From Monocercomonoides exilis PA203 (Eukaryota > Protista > Preaxostyla), in assembly GCA_001643675.2 (NCBI GenBank), contig LSRY02000021.1, positions 992,001 through 1,056,000 on the forward strand: a stretch of 64,000 bases of DNA, read 5' to 3'. Below the pieces are notes generated by a model that searched no databases, was not told the origin of the DNA, and saw only the letters and a list, made by a program, of their open reading frames with translations. Below are positions 35,662 through 48,830 of the stretch, in pieces. Each line of letters begins with the position of its first letter. The first letter of the stretch is position 1. A program made the position numbers and the translations under genes.

Positions 35662-38600
35662 TGATTTATTTTTTTTGATGTTTGTCTTTTCTTTTTTTGA
35701 GGGTTGAAGAGTTCTTTTAGAAGTCTCAATGAGACGACAATATGTACCGGTGTAATGATCAGAGATGTTTTCATCTGTCCTATTATGATAATTCGTTTCA
35801 GAATCGTCTATAATAGATGTATTAACAGAATCGATCGCATCACTTGGAGAATTGATGGAGAAGTTGCTTTGTGTAGATATATTTTTAGATGAAGCTATTC
35901 AAACACAATATGTGATGATCAACAAAACAAACAAACACAAAAATATCATTAAAAGCATTTTCATCATGAATACATTAATGTGAATTAGCTCGAAAAACCT
36001 CTTTTTTTTCTTCTCCCGTTGCTCGAGCTGCAGGAACTATGACTATTCAGCCAACGTTCGGCAATTTCAAATTGAGAATTATCTGTTTCATTAATATTTT
36101 TCAGAAAACACATACAAAAAAACATAAAGCTAATAAACAAACCCTGCTTTTTAAGCTCTGTTGCTTTTGTTGGAGGTTTTGTTTTGGTGTCTTTTGCTTT
36201 TTCGCGTGAGTAATAGTTTTCTCCGCGAGTTAATTCCCAACCGTTATCTTTGAGTTCTTTTAAAGATATATCAGAAGATAGCGCCGACAGAAGGGATACA
36301 CCGTCTTTTTTTGACAAAGACTTTGAATATGTAGCAAGGTTCTGAAGTATTTTGTTGAATTTCTCTACTAACAAAGAATATATTGCAAACAGCAATTGAC
36401 AAAGAAGATAATAATCATAGTAAATTATTCATATGTTATCGAAAATTAAACATACCAGCGCAATTAACCTCCAACACTTTCCGGAAGGATTCACCAAATT
36501 TGGAGCGGAAAACAAAATATTCAAAACCTCCCTTCGGATCCTCAGGTGATGCATGAAATATCGTATCTGCAATAGTTGATGCAATTCGACTTGATGCCGC
36601 TTTTGATTTGTTATTAAACATTTTTATAAACTATCTGATCACAGACTAATTATTAAAACTGTACAAAAAATTCAGGATTGGAAAAACGACAAAATGATTA
36701 AATCTCATAATATTAAAAATGAACAGAAATATCTATTTGATGACAATAAACGGTCAATAATTGATTCGAATGCAATAATAAATACAAATGATATTCTTTT
36801 GTATTTTTTCTTGCATTTGCTGAAAACCAATTGAAATCAATGTTAATTTCATCAGTTTCGATTATCTTTCAGTTAACATTTCGATATTCTTCATGAAGGA
36901 GGGAGACATATTTATATTTATTTGCTATGATTTAACAAGAAGAACAAGAGATCATTACTGGATAAGTTTTTATCGAAGGAGAAGACATAGGAGCGAATGA
37001 TAGAAGCAATCACTTCAACTTGTCGCCCAAGTTGGAAGCAATTGTCGCAGGCAAAAGAGGAGCAGAAGATCAGGATTTTGCAGAAGGAGAAGGAAAGAGA
37101 AGAGCAATATGAGAGAGAAAGAGAAGTTGGTGATATGTACAACCTCACTCCAATGAAGTCCGCAACGAAACGAACATCAAGAAAGAACAAAGGTGATGTG
37201 GAGTAACTGAGTGAGTGGCAAAGAAGCGTTAAAGGAGGAAGAAGGATGGCTCACGGCAACGATATAAGTGGAGTAATTTGATCTCTAACTTCCTTGTTGA
37301 ATTCTTCTTTCAGCTCATTTTATGGCCTGGTTCGGTTTCTGTTTCCGTTCTTTTGTATTCTCAACAGGGATTGGCGTTGCAGGTGTCGTGCAACACCAGG
37401 AAATTTGGTGCGTTCAATAGCTAAATCTTACAGGAGCAATAATAAAGCAAAGCAGCGCAGTTCGTTTGTTTCATTTGAGAATGCAAGAGCCAAATGAAGG
37501 AGGAAGAGGGCATTAATGGAAGATATCGCTATAGAAAGAGAAGTTTGATGGGTTGAATAAACTGCAGGATTTTGATGAATACAATTTGTTAGAAGGGATG
37601 AAGAGTTTTCTAGGCGAGGAAGATGAGGAATGGGAATGAAATAACCATTGGAGGGAGTCAGGTCAGAAGATATTTTTTATATGTCTTACAAAAGCAGCTC
37701 GACTTACAGAGAATCTGAATAGCACTGAGCTTCTTTTTTCAAGAATTTATATCTGTTTCTGCCTCCGCTCAGTGCAAACAAAAATAGAGAAATTTCTTCA
37801 GTTTCCACTTATTCTTCTTCTTCTTCTTCTTCTTCTCGTAGAATTTCTCCATATCCATCATCACCTTCATAATCTTCTTCTCCTTCATCATCATCATCTT
37901 CTTTCTCTTCTTCTTTTTCTTCTTTTGCTTCTTCTTCGTCTAATACTTATTCTTTTTCTTTTCCAACTTTTTCCACCTGGACGCTTTCCACAGACAAATC
38001 TGTGGATGATCCCGAACCAGCGAGCACAAGTGTTGCCTAACAGTATCTGATGAACACGATCTTAATAACGGAGATCCAACCAAATATAATTATGGGAATG
38101 TGTTTTTGTTACGAAAAATTCAAAATGCTCACTCAATTTGCCTTCTATCCTGTTCTCTCCCCCTCTCCCCTCTCTCTTCCTTCCTCTCCCTTTTTCTTTC
38201 TCTCTCTATTTCTTTCTATTTCTCATTAACCAACTTTAACTGCACCTTCGCTGCATGCTTCTTCACAGCAACGCACTCAGGCTTTCAAAGCTGATGTCAT
38301 CATCGAGCAGTTCAAAATGCAGATGTTGATGAAACACTTGCTCATAAATCCTCATTGTACGAACTGATGAATTTGTCTCCACACATTATGTGCATGTTAA
38401 CTCTGCACTCTTCAGCAACAGGGAAGTGCAGCAACACCCACAGTCGCTCCAAGCATCACAAGATTTCAGTGGGCCTTTTGTAATGAAGGAGCTATGTGGA
38501 ACACCCCATTCAGATCTGTCTTTCTAGCATCAGATGCAACATTTCCAGAGGTCTGTGCTTCAGTCTTTATCGTCTCCGCTGCAGAACGAGTCTTAAAATG

Positions 38601-39434
38601 GAATGAGCATTGTCTTTGTTGAAACATTCATAACGAAGCACAAATAACTAGCTTCTCAGACACTTATTATCTTTCATTTGTCCGATCGTTTTCGCTGAGA
38701 TGGCTCACGAAATCGAAACAAAGGGCAAGATGTGAGGAAAGAAGAAGAAGAAGAAGGAAAACTGCAAAGGAATTTATTGGAATGGAAGAAGAAGAAGTGG
38801 GAGGAGGATGAGGAGAAGACGATGACGATGAGTGTGATGAATCAGAAATAAAAGAAGGAGAAAAAAAAAACATTGAAGTTCGAAGTGAAGAGTGAACAAA
38901 TGTTGAAGAATGAGGATAACGAACAGATGGTGGAGCGGTTGTGCAAAGTGGAAAAGAAGGAGAGGAGAAGGAAGAAGAATAAGAAGAATGAAGTGGAGCA
39001 GGAGGAAGTGAAGATGAAGATGAAGAAAAGAAGATGAAGAAGGAGTTGAAGGAGTTGAAACAGACAAAATACAAGAATTTGAGAAAAAGACGATAAATGA
39101 TTAAATAGTGATAGAGGAGAAGAAGAAGATGTAGAAAATGGCAAAGGAGAATGGAAAGACGAAGACGAAGATGAAGGAGAAGGAGAAGGAGAAGGATAAT
39201 TCGATATAAGTTCCGAAGAAAAAACAGACTGCCTGAGAATTGAAGAAAAAGGATAATCAAACTGATGAGAAGCAGATGAAATGGATTGCACTGAGCAGTT
39301 TTCTGTTTGAGACAGCCTGTTTTTCTTTTCCGTCCCAAACGAAATAGTCCCTTCGCTTATCTCTCTTACAGTCCCAGACTTTTTCTTCGGGTTGATCATC
39401 TTGATTTCCGTACTTTTTCTCCATCTTCATCAGA

Positions 39435-40160
39435 ATGCAGGCAATATGCGGGTTCTCTGCCATTACATTTTCTGTGCTTCTTCCGCGTGCTCCTCTGCCC
39501 CTTTTCGGCTATTCTGAAGTCAGTCTCAGTGTATTTGTTCAAAGCAGACTCCTCTCTGTCACAGCAACACCTCTCCATTCTGCTCCAGCAGCTCTTCTTC
39601 TCCTTCACATCGCTGCTCGATCTTCTGCCTGCCAAGCAGAAGAAAGCCATCCAATTCGTCCCTCTGTTCGCCTTCCTCGCGATGTCTGCCTTCTGTCTCC
39701 TGTTTGCTCTTGGCTGCTACTCCTTGCCAATTACCCTCAGCGCTGCCAGGACTTTCTTTCTCCTTCTCTGTCAAAGCAGTCGGGAAAGTGGACATATGCA
39801 GTGAAGTCGCTGTATTCTCTTGCTCCTCTGGATGGTAACAGTGCTTGTCAGGATGAGCTGCCTCCTGTTTCACGTGAAGCAGAAATGGCGTTGTTGACCT
39901 CTCTCATTTCTTGTCTGTATAATGCCCCATCTCCGTCTGCGTCTGCTTCTTTCTCCATTCTTATGATTTTGAAAGGAACGAAGCCGACTCCTCTTTTTGC
40001 TTCAGATTCATCCTTTTCCACAATTTCGCTTCCATCTATTCCAATTTCACCAGAAGATGCATTTTATTCGATCATTTCGCAGTCATTTTGTGATGTTCTT
40101 TTTTCTTCGACAAAAGCACCCAGCCACGTTGCTTCCATTTGTTCTCTCGCTTTGTCCTGA
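39435..40160 (+). other. 241-codon ORF of unknown identity in a GC-richer, probably pseudogenic block
   Basis: Supported by ORF length only; no recognisable motif. Confidence 0.25.
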
Positions 40161-40354
40161 TTTAATCCCATTCGTCACGATGTTGCTGAGTATAAGTCAT
40201 ATCCTTTGCTTTTGGAGAAGTTTTTGACACGGATTGAGATTGGCTGGCTGCTCCTCAAGTCAAGAGAGTTGCTGTGTTCACTAAACAGAGAGATGAATGA
40301 AAAGTGGATGGGGGTGTATTTATCTGTTGTGACACGCACAGTGACACAAGCATA

Positions 40355-40355
<1 letters not shown>

Positions 40356-40387
<32 letters not shown>

Positions 40388-40410
40388 TTCTTCTTCTTCT
40401 CCTTCTCCTC
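40356..40410. repeat. (TCA)n/(TCT)n trinucleotide repeat
   Basis: Read directly. Confidence 0.85.
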
Positions 40411-43103
40411 CTCTTTCTTCTTCCGAAATGACATCTTCCCCACTGCAAACAGCACAAGTCCATTCAGCACCATGAAACATCAAGTGTTATCAGCAGCAGT
40501 ATTATTGTCGTGTCATTCTTCTGATCTGTTAAATGGAGAGAGACATACTCCACAAATTCATTTGCAGGAAGTGCTGAACAAGTATGTGAAGAACAAGAGC
40601 TCTCAGCAAAGGCAGATATCTCAGAGAGAGGGAAGACAGGGAGAAATAGGAGAAGTGACAGGGGAGCAGAAGTGTGCTTGAAGAGAAGAGACAAAAGCGA
40701 AGTGGCGTATAATGCTGGTGGTTTCAGTGTTGCAGTGGGAGAGGGTGGATAAATGAATTCGGTGATGTGTTGGTTTTGATGATAAAAATGTTTATGATGA
40801 TGAAGAGAAAGAAGAAGACGAAGGAATAAAGATGATTATTTCCAAACAGATTATTATATTTCTTTTTCTGAAAAATCCTTCCTGAAAATTTTTTGAATTC
40901 GTAAATCTTTTTGTTTTAATGTTCTCATAGAGTTTTCCGTTTGTATGCATAAGTTATCCGAAAGCAGATATAATAATTATGCGTTAATATTTGCCGTTCA
41001 TTTGAAATAAATGCCCATAGCATTGACAATTCTATGAAACTTCTATTCACATTCAACGCATCTAAATACAAAGGCAAAAATCATAATCACATCTTTTACA
41101 TGTCTTTTTCTGTTATTTCTTTAAATATCACGCTTGATTTCAAAAATGAAAATATATTATAATTATGGACTCCATTACAAATATTTTTTTGTGTAATAAT
41201 GTTATACACATTGTGATATGTGTGCAGAATAAGTTTGGAACAAAACACGATTTTTTTCATGAATTAAAAAATTTCGCCCCATTTGGGGTTAAATTTTTGC
41301 ATTAATGAAAAATTCAACAATTTGTTCCAAATTTTTTCTTCATCGTATCATTAAAAGTCTAACTCTCCCATGCATAATAACAAAGAAATTAATGAAAATT
41401 TAAGAAAAATATTTGAAGTAATTGAACGGCACAAAATTCTTAATGCTAAAAATTTCGTCCCATATTGTGATTGGATAAAATTGGAATAAATAAAATTTTG
41501 AAAAAAAAAATATATTTCTTCGAATAATTAGTATTTGTTCCAAGAAACACCAGTTAATTGGAATGAAAATATTGATCTGAACAGAGATAGTCTTTTCTAA
41601 TTGATTCCTCAACAAAAATTTTCCTTATCATTTTTGTCGATTTGAATTTCCTTAAAAATAAAAATCCTTCCACGTTTTATTAACATAAGAATTTTTCAAA
41701 TATCATTCGTAGTGTTTTTCATTTTCAACATTTATGTTCCAAAGTTTCTTTCAGATTGTCAAGTCAGATTGTTATTTGGAACCAGTTTTTTATTAGATCC
41801 AAAAAGAATTTTTTTTTATGTTGCTTCAAATAAAAGCTTGTACGCAATGAGAATAATTTATAACGAACAATGTATTATTGTAATTTTTTTTATGCAAATT
41901 TTTATTTGAAAATTTCTATCAGTACAAAACACGAAGCTTGTTGATTCACCAAAAACTGAATGTTCATCTTTATTACAAATATTTTCTAATCTCTATCATC
42001 TCTATTTTTTGTTTTGAATTCAACTAACATCAAAATGCGTTTTTCTGAAGTGAATCATTCTCATGAAATCAGAGATATAGTATGTCAGCAATTGATCCAT
42101 CTCGATAAGATCAGTCAATGACTCCCACTTTAAAGAACATCACTGAAAATCTAATCATGATAAACCCCTTAGAGTATCATCAATAACTCTCGATCTCTAT
42201 CTAATTATCATTGCCTATTCCAACTAAAAAAAAAAGATGACAACAACCACCAGGTATTCATAAATCGATATATTAAATTGATCAAATCGAAATGGATCTG
42301 TAGCTGACATACCATATCTCTGAAATCGTTTTTCAATTCAAACAACACTTTCGTTTGAAAAAATCTTTCAAAAATAGAGTTCAACATTTGAAAGGCGATA
42401 TTGTTAAATAGTTAAAAATGAGTTATAGAATGAAAAAGAACTTATTGAAGTGAAACAAATTATCAAAATGTTTGCTTGCTTTTTTGGAAATTGGAAACAA
42501 TATATTAATCCACACAATTGAACACACATTTTCGAGAGTAGAAAAATTATGAATTCTATGTTAAAGAATGAGGCAAAAAATGTTTATCGCACAGAAGAAA
42601 TCAAAAAATATACATAACGTTACCGATAAAGATGACATAAAAGGAGAAGTTTGATGAGAATCAATATGAATGGATGATAACATTTGTTTTGAAGACGAAA
42701 CAAATGTTGAATGTTTGACAAAATGAGCTTATCCGATGATTTTTCTTTCTTCATTTTGTACTTCTGGATTTTGTGTTATTCGGATTTCTAACTCTCTTTA
42801 ACTTTAGAAAAGAGATAACGATATTTGGTGTTTTAATTTCTTTATAAATTGAAGCCTTTTTTCATTGTGCATGGTTTTTATTTCTTCCTCTTCTTTACTC
42901 ATTATTTTTTGATTATTCTTTGATATGTGTGATTATTTTTGAAATCTTATTTTTTCTTTCAAAATTTTCGATAAAAAAATTTCCCTTTAATAATGATTAT
43001 GAAACATAAAAAAGAAATAATTTATTTAAAGGATTCTTTTTTTATGTTAATATTTTCAAACATCAAAATAAAAAACAATTATCTTTATCTTTTCTTTTAA
43101 ATG

Positions 43104-43343
43104 TCTAAATTTTTTTGAAAAGTTCTTTTTGTTTAATTTTCAAATTTAATAAAATTTTCATATTTTCATCAATTTTTTGTTCCCACGTTTTAAACTTCTA
43201 TAAAATGAAAATAAAAACATTGTTGAGGTTTTGATATCCAATTAAGGAAAGTTTAATCCGTGGAAACAGAAATTTGATCGAAATATTAAAATTTTATATT
43301 ATTTGAAAATTAAACAAAAGGAACTTTTCAAAAAAATTTACCC
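43104..43343. mobile_element. Diverged ~240-bp hairpin MITE of the 4168 family
   Basis: Runs aatttttttgaaaagttc ... gaacttttcaaaaaaatttaccc; the internal aacagaaatttgatc motif is shared with the other copies. Confidence 0.75.
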
Positions 43344-43809
43344 AAATAAAAAATTGCTTTCCAGTGAAACGAATCATAGAAGAACAAACACCCAGAAAAA
43401 AGTTATGATTAAAAAATAAAATAAAATAAAATAAAATTAAAATAAAATGAAATGAAAATAAAAAAACACTCATATTTTCTTCGAAGAGTTTTCAGAAGAA
43501 TTCAAAAGTTTTGAAGATCTGCATGACTCTGCTTTGTGCTTAGTAATAAGCTTCGGCAGTTGATATTTTTCGATTCAAATTGTTTCATTTGAGGACGAAT
43601 TTTGACAAATTGTCTTTTGCTTCTTGAATTTGTTGTCAAAACTCTTTCAAAGTGGTGGCTTTCGAAGATAACTGTGAGATTGGCGGTGATGAATCCTCTG
43701 AGAATTTTGATGAATTTGAAGAATTTTGTTGTGATTGATTGCAAAATAATTTCTTTTGTTCTTTTTGGAAGTCTGTTGAATGAGGAAGAACCGATTCTTT
43801 TTCGGTTGT

Positions 43810-44724
43810 TTAAGGATTTTTGAAATCTTTTTTTGGAGAATAATCTCCGAATAATTTATTTTCCTTTGAATTTAAAGATAATTTCTCAGAATATTTGTCA
43901 TTTAAGGAAGATATCGAAGAACCTGATATTCTCGTCAGAACAGAAGAAGCTGCAATAGACCGCACTCCCGTTTTTGTGTATGATACTTTAACAGTCGAAG
44001 GAGTTATTGCAGCTGCTTCAACATCTGGAAGTGCATTTGCGAGAGCAGATCGATTTGCACTCAATGAAAACGAAGAAAAAGTGCAAAACTTGTTGGAGAG
44101 TGTGAACTTTAAACGAGAAAAAATATTTGAATCACAGGGCTGCAGTAAATGAGTCATGTTTGGAGGAAATTTCAGAATAACAATATTGTTTTTTGCTGCT
44201 TCCCTTGTCACTAATTCATCATCATGTGATTTGTAATTGTCCATCAGAAGAAGAGCATTTTTTGTTGAAGTCGGTTTAACTTTGGAGGTAATCAGAGGAA
44301 TCCAGCAGCCAATCATTATTTCTCTGAAAATCTCTTTCGTTATCCATCCTGATGAAGAATAAATGTTTCGAATATCAAAAGCTAGCAACGAAGAGAATTC
44401 ATCTGGAGTTTCTTTTCTGGACCACAACAAAAATCTTGGAAGAGAAGATCCGTTCGTGCATATACACAAGCACAATGTGGCATTTGGAGCTTTTGGGGGT
44501 TTAGTCGGAGAAGGTGGAATCTGGTATTTCATACAAACCACAAGTTTCATTGTTGTTTCTCCGCAGCTTAAAGAAGTTTCATCGAAATTGAAGATTGTTG
44601 ATGAATCAATACTACGCTTTTCGATAACTTCAGCTAAGTCCAAAAACCATTTTCCGATATTGTCTAAAGGTTGAGCTGATATTTGAGTCATTTCCATCAG
44701 TCTGAAAATAGCAGATTGTAACAC
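43810..44724 (-). CDS. pogo/Tigger-type DDE_1 transposase (catalytic domain; N-terminal HTH missing or disrupted)
   Basis: IFNFDET, SGWI, LLLMDNYKSH and FPPNMTHLLQPCD motifs. Confidence 0.85.
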   Translation of the reverse strand: MLQSAIFRLMEMTQISAQPLDNIGKWFLDLAEVIEKRSIDSSTIFNFDETSLSCGETTMKLVVCMKYQIPPSPTKPPKAPNATLCLCICTNGSSLPRFLLWSRKETPDEFSSLLAFDIRNIYSSSGWITKEIFREIMIGCWIPLITSKVKPTSTKNALLLMDNYKSHDDELVTREAAKNNIVILKFPPNMTHLLQPCDSNIFSRLKFTLSNKFCTFSSFSLSANRSALANALPDVEAAAITPSTVKVSYTKTGVRSIAASSVLTRISGSSISSLNDKYSEKLSLNSKENKLFGDYSPKKDFKNP

Positions 44725-45426
44725 TTCACTTCTTTTAAAAAGTTTTAAAGTTTATTGATTATTTATCGTTATAAAAGTGTCGGAAAATTCAGTCTTTCAA
44801 GCTTTTTTTTGCACAAGACATTGAAAAATAACTTCTGTCATAACTTATTTTCGCTTTCTCAGATTTCAAAATAAATTTGATTTTCAGATCCGTGAACAGG
44901 TATCGTTGAAATCAAAACATTAAGTTTTCCAACATTTCACGAATGTCAAGAAATGGTCCCATTTTTATTGTGTTTTTTTGATAAAAAAAAGTTTATGAAA
45001 AGTGCATAATTTTATATGAAAATGACTGAAGAAAAATATTTTTCACCAAATTTCTAAATTAATTTGATTTTAACATCTGCAAACAAACATTATTGATATA
45101 ATAACATTATGTTTTGCTGCCTCAGACGTATTTTAAAAAATAAATCCTTTTTATTTCAAATTTTTCGATCACAAAAAGGTTATCTTAGATGCATAATTTT
45201 TTAATGAAGATGCTTGAAGGAAAATATTTTGTCCCATATAAACAATTCACAAAGAATTTCTTGAACCTTTGTGGACAGGTTTTTCCTTGAAGCGAGGGTT
45301 TTTCCTTCAATAAAATAAGGTCATCTTTTTATTGGCACTTTTTTCTTTAATGGCGCCAATTTTTTTGAAATGAAAAAAGTTAAAAACACATCAAAAAAAT
45401 ACTAAACATGAATCAACAACTCTTCT

Positions 45427-46668
45427 TTATTTTCTTTTTCCATTTTCACGTTCAAAGGGGTCAAATTCATCACTTGTTTCATCGTCATCATTCTTAATTT
45501 TTCTGAATTTTCTTTTCACTTTTTTCTCCAAAGGCAATTCTTCTTCTTCAATAACCTTTTCATTTTCTTCATTTTCTTCAATTTCCTTTTCTTTTTCTTC
45601 AATTTCTTCAATTTTCATCTTGTGCTTTTCATTATATTCATCCCATTCATCAAGAAACTTTTCTTTTGTTATTTCTTTTCCGAAGAAGTCGAAACAATGA
45701 GAATGAGAAGGAATGAAGTATTGAGAAGACTGAGGAAGTTTCATTAGAACCGATCCAGATCCATTGCTGAGGACTCCGTTGTTAATGAAGGCTTTTTTGA
45801 TCACAGATGGGGTTATTGCTGTGTTAAGGGCTTGTGGCAAAACATCTACAACAGTTGTTCTTTTTGAAGATGAGGAGGTGGATGATGGAGAGCTGTAATT
45901 GTTTGAAAGCTCTGACTTCAACACTGCAAATACGCCTCTGTCCAGTGACTGAGATATGTGTGTGGTATGTGGAACGAAGGTGACGACGTCTATTTCTGCT
46001 TCCTCGAACAGTCTCCATATCGTCAGATCTGCCCGCGATGAGTGTGAATTTAGGAGAAGAAGGCAACGATGAGATTCTTTTAGAATTCGCTTTATTCTGT
46101 CAATGATAACTGGCAGCAGGACTGTTAAGGCGTATTTTTTGAATGACGTTTTATCCATCCAGCCGTTTGTGTTTGGCCAAATGTCAAGCGACGGCGTTAA
46201 CAGTGTTGTCAGTTCTTTCGGAAAAGTTGCGCTCGGCCACTGCACGACAGACGGAAGCGAGAAGCCATCAGCAGCGATTCCAACAACGAGAGCGGCATTC
46301 GGCATCCGTTTGGCAGTCTTTTTGAACCCAGCTTGCTCATCTGCGGGATGAACAACACCACATGACGAAGTTGGAATTCGAAGCGAAGATTCATCGACGT
46401 TGAAGATTAATTCCTCGGGATATATGTTTGCATCGTGTAATGCTTGTAATTTTGCGAACCACGGCTTTTGGACTTTCTGGCAAGATGCTGCAAGTCTGTT
46501 AATATCAACTTGCTTTGGAAGCGATGACTTCAATTCCGGATGGCGCTTTATGAAGGCGTGAACCGTCTTTAGAGTAACTGTCTTTTTCTTCTTTTCTTCA
46601 TTTTCTCCTTCTTCTTCACTATCGTTAATTGTATTTTCCATCTTAATACAAATTAATATACAATTCAA
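45427..46668 (-). CDS. pogo/Tigger-type DDE_1 transposase, probably inactive
   Basis: IFNVDES, NGWMD, LLLLNSHSSR (catalytic D replaced by N) and FVPHTTHISQSLDRGVF; acidic tail. Confidence 0.82.
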   Translation of the reverse strand: MNCILICIKMENTINDSEEEGENEEKKKKTVTLKTVHAFIKRHPELKSSLPKQVDINRLAASCQKVQKPWFAKLQALHDANIYPEELIFNVDESSLRIPTSSCGVVHPADEQAGFKKTAKRMPNAALVVGIAADGFSLPSVVQWPSATFPKELTTLLTPSLDIWPNTNGWMDKTSFKKYALTVLLPVIIDRIKRILKESHRCLLLLNSHSSRADLTIWRLFEEAEIDVVTFVPHTTHISQSLDRGVFAVLKSELSNNYSSPSSTSSSSKRTTVVDVLPQALNTAITPSVIKKAFINNGVLSNGSGSVLMKLPQSSQYFIPSHSHCFDFFGKEITKEKFLDEWDEYNEKHKMKIEEIEEKEKEIEENEENEKVIEEEELPLEKKVKRKFRKIKNDDDETSDEFDPFERENGKRK

Positions 46669-48200
46669 ATATCAATTGCAAACCAGATCACGAGCTTTTC
46701 GTAATGTGAGGCTTGTCCCAGATCGGGATTCAATTGTGACTTCTTCTGCAAATTATCTTTCATTTTCTGAACAAATAATTGGTGAGTCTCGAATTTTTGA
46801 AATTTGCATGAGTGCTTTTATAGCTTTAACGGTGTATTCCATTGTTTTCTTTCTTAACTTTCATATAAAACCTCATCCTCAAGTTAGACTCACTATCCTT
46901 TACAATGTGAAAATTTTTTTCTAACTTGCGTGAAACTTCATGTTATGAAATAAAGATATTGCTTCATTCAGACTCTTCTACCTAGCTTCTTGTTTCTTTA
47001 TCACTAGTAATTTCATATATGTATTATGGGTAATGATCATTAATATTTCTGTGAGATCATTTATGAAATCATAACTTTTTTCTGTGTGCTGATGATTCAA
47101 AGATTGTTTGTTTTTGGGAAGAGATTTTGTATTTCAATTTAAAATTTCATCAAAACCATTTCAAAAACAAATGTTGAAGCTGAAATGAAGATGAAGATAT
47201 GTTTAATTAGTGTTTTCACTTCTCAGTGTTTTTTTGTTAGTATATAATAAAGAATTTTAGAACAGAAATTTTTGAATGAAAAAATATGATTTCAAAAATA
47301 ATCACCCAATATCCGGCTGAAATTAAACGATATGACATTACACAGAACAAAAATAAAAAATAACTATTTTATTTATGTATTTTTGGTCAATTTTCTTGAT
47401 TTTCGAATATTCTTTATTAAAATTCATTTTTTATTTACTAAAACATTTTTCATCATAAATTCACATTATTCAAACACATATAAACATGTTGATGAAAAAT
47501 CATAAGAACTGTTATTGATCAAAAAATCAATTTATCAATGAAAAATGAATCCATCAAAAAAACATGAAATTACTAATTTATTTCATCCATCATTGAAAAC
47601 AATGAAAAATGAATGGAAATAAATTAAATTCATCGTTGCATGAAAAATGAGATTTTAAATGAATGTGAAAAAATCCAGCTTTGAATGTATTCAACGAATC
47701 GTGATTATTGAAACTATAATCTCGTTATATTTTGGAAAACGAAATTTGAATCACAAAAGTTCTCAAAGTTAACAAGGAGGGATGGAAAAAATGTTTTTTT
47801 TTATTTTAATTTTTATTTTTATTAATTTATTTTATATTTTTTTAAAAAAAATTGAAAAAAAAACTGATTACACGTGTTATTTGAATAGACTGTTCAGAGA
47901 ATTATGGTCTTGAAGGAGAAAAGAACAATGAAATCAGTTTATCAACTTCTAATGTTATTATGATTACATTGTTTGACCAATATTAAAGAAGATTTCGTTT
48001 TTTATAAAGACTTCATTCAAAGTTACAAATGACACGTTCAAAAAGAAAGTTTTGAATTCCAAACTTCATATTTCGAAGATATTCTTCTCACACTCAAATT
48101 TTCAAAATTAGTACGATTATTAATTTCTTTCAATTACTTCATTTCCTTTTCTCTTCAGCGAGCATACTCTAATGATTGATTATTAAATGTTGTATCTATA

Positions 48201-48635
48201 CCTCTGTGACCTGACAAATCACATGAATCCTCGTCTGTCACAAAAAAAAAAAATTCAATTCAAATTTAAATAAAATAAACTATTGCTAAAACTTTAAAAG
48301 ACTTTTTGAAGCTCTTTGGAAAAGATTTGTTGATAGCAGCTGTAATATCTGGTTGTTTTTTCTTTTTTGTCAGTGACTGTCAATGACAAATTGTGACAAA
48401 AATATTCCTCAACTGACATTTCCTTTCTTAAAAAAAAATGTTGGGAACTTGATCATATTTTATTAAATATTTGTTTTTTCCAAAATAATAAGAATTGTTA
48501 TATATCGATTTTCGAATTATTATTACAGTAATTGAGAATAAAGAAATCGTTATCAATAACCCTTTTTGACAAATCATAAATTTCTTGTCAGTCATTTTGT
48601 CATTTTTTCAATTTTTTCTTGTCATGTCACAGAGG
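48201..48635. mobile_element. 435-bp MITE with 17-bp TIRs (cctctgtgacctgacaa / ttgtcatgtcacagagg)
   Basis: TIRs read directly. Contains multiple internal tgac/gtca motifs; the right part is repeated at 59460-59736. Confidence 0.7.
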
Positions 48636-48659
48636 AATAGTTGTATCATCTTCTTCAAG

Positions 48660-48830
48660 TTTATGTGTTTCAAAATATGTGAACCAGCTCGCTACTCTTT
48701 CATCTGCTGAAAAATCTCTCTTGCTCCTGTGTGTTTGTCAGCAAACCTGTGCCACAACTTCTTCATTCTTCCGAAAAACTGTTCAATGGATATTCTATGA
48801 TGAACAAGAGCTTTGTTGCACTTGTTTGCA
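48660..48830 (-). pseudogene. C-terminal remnant of an ISL2EU/PIF-Harbinger (DDE_Tnp_4) transposase
   Basis: NKALVHHRISIEQFFGRMKKLW motif. Confidence 0.65.

Noticed and set aside
37772-39399. Low-complexity Leu/Ser-rich ORFs
   Set aside because: They arise from purine/pyrimidine-skewed trinucleotide tracts and show no recognisable domain.
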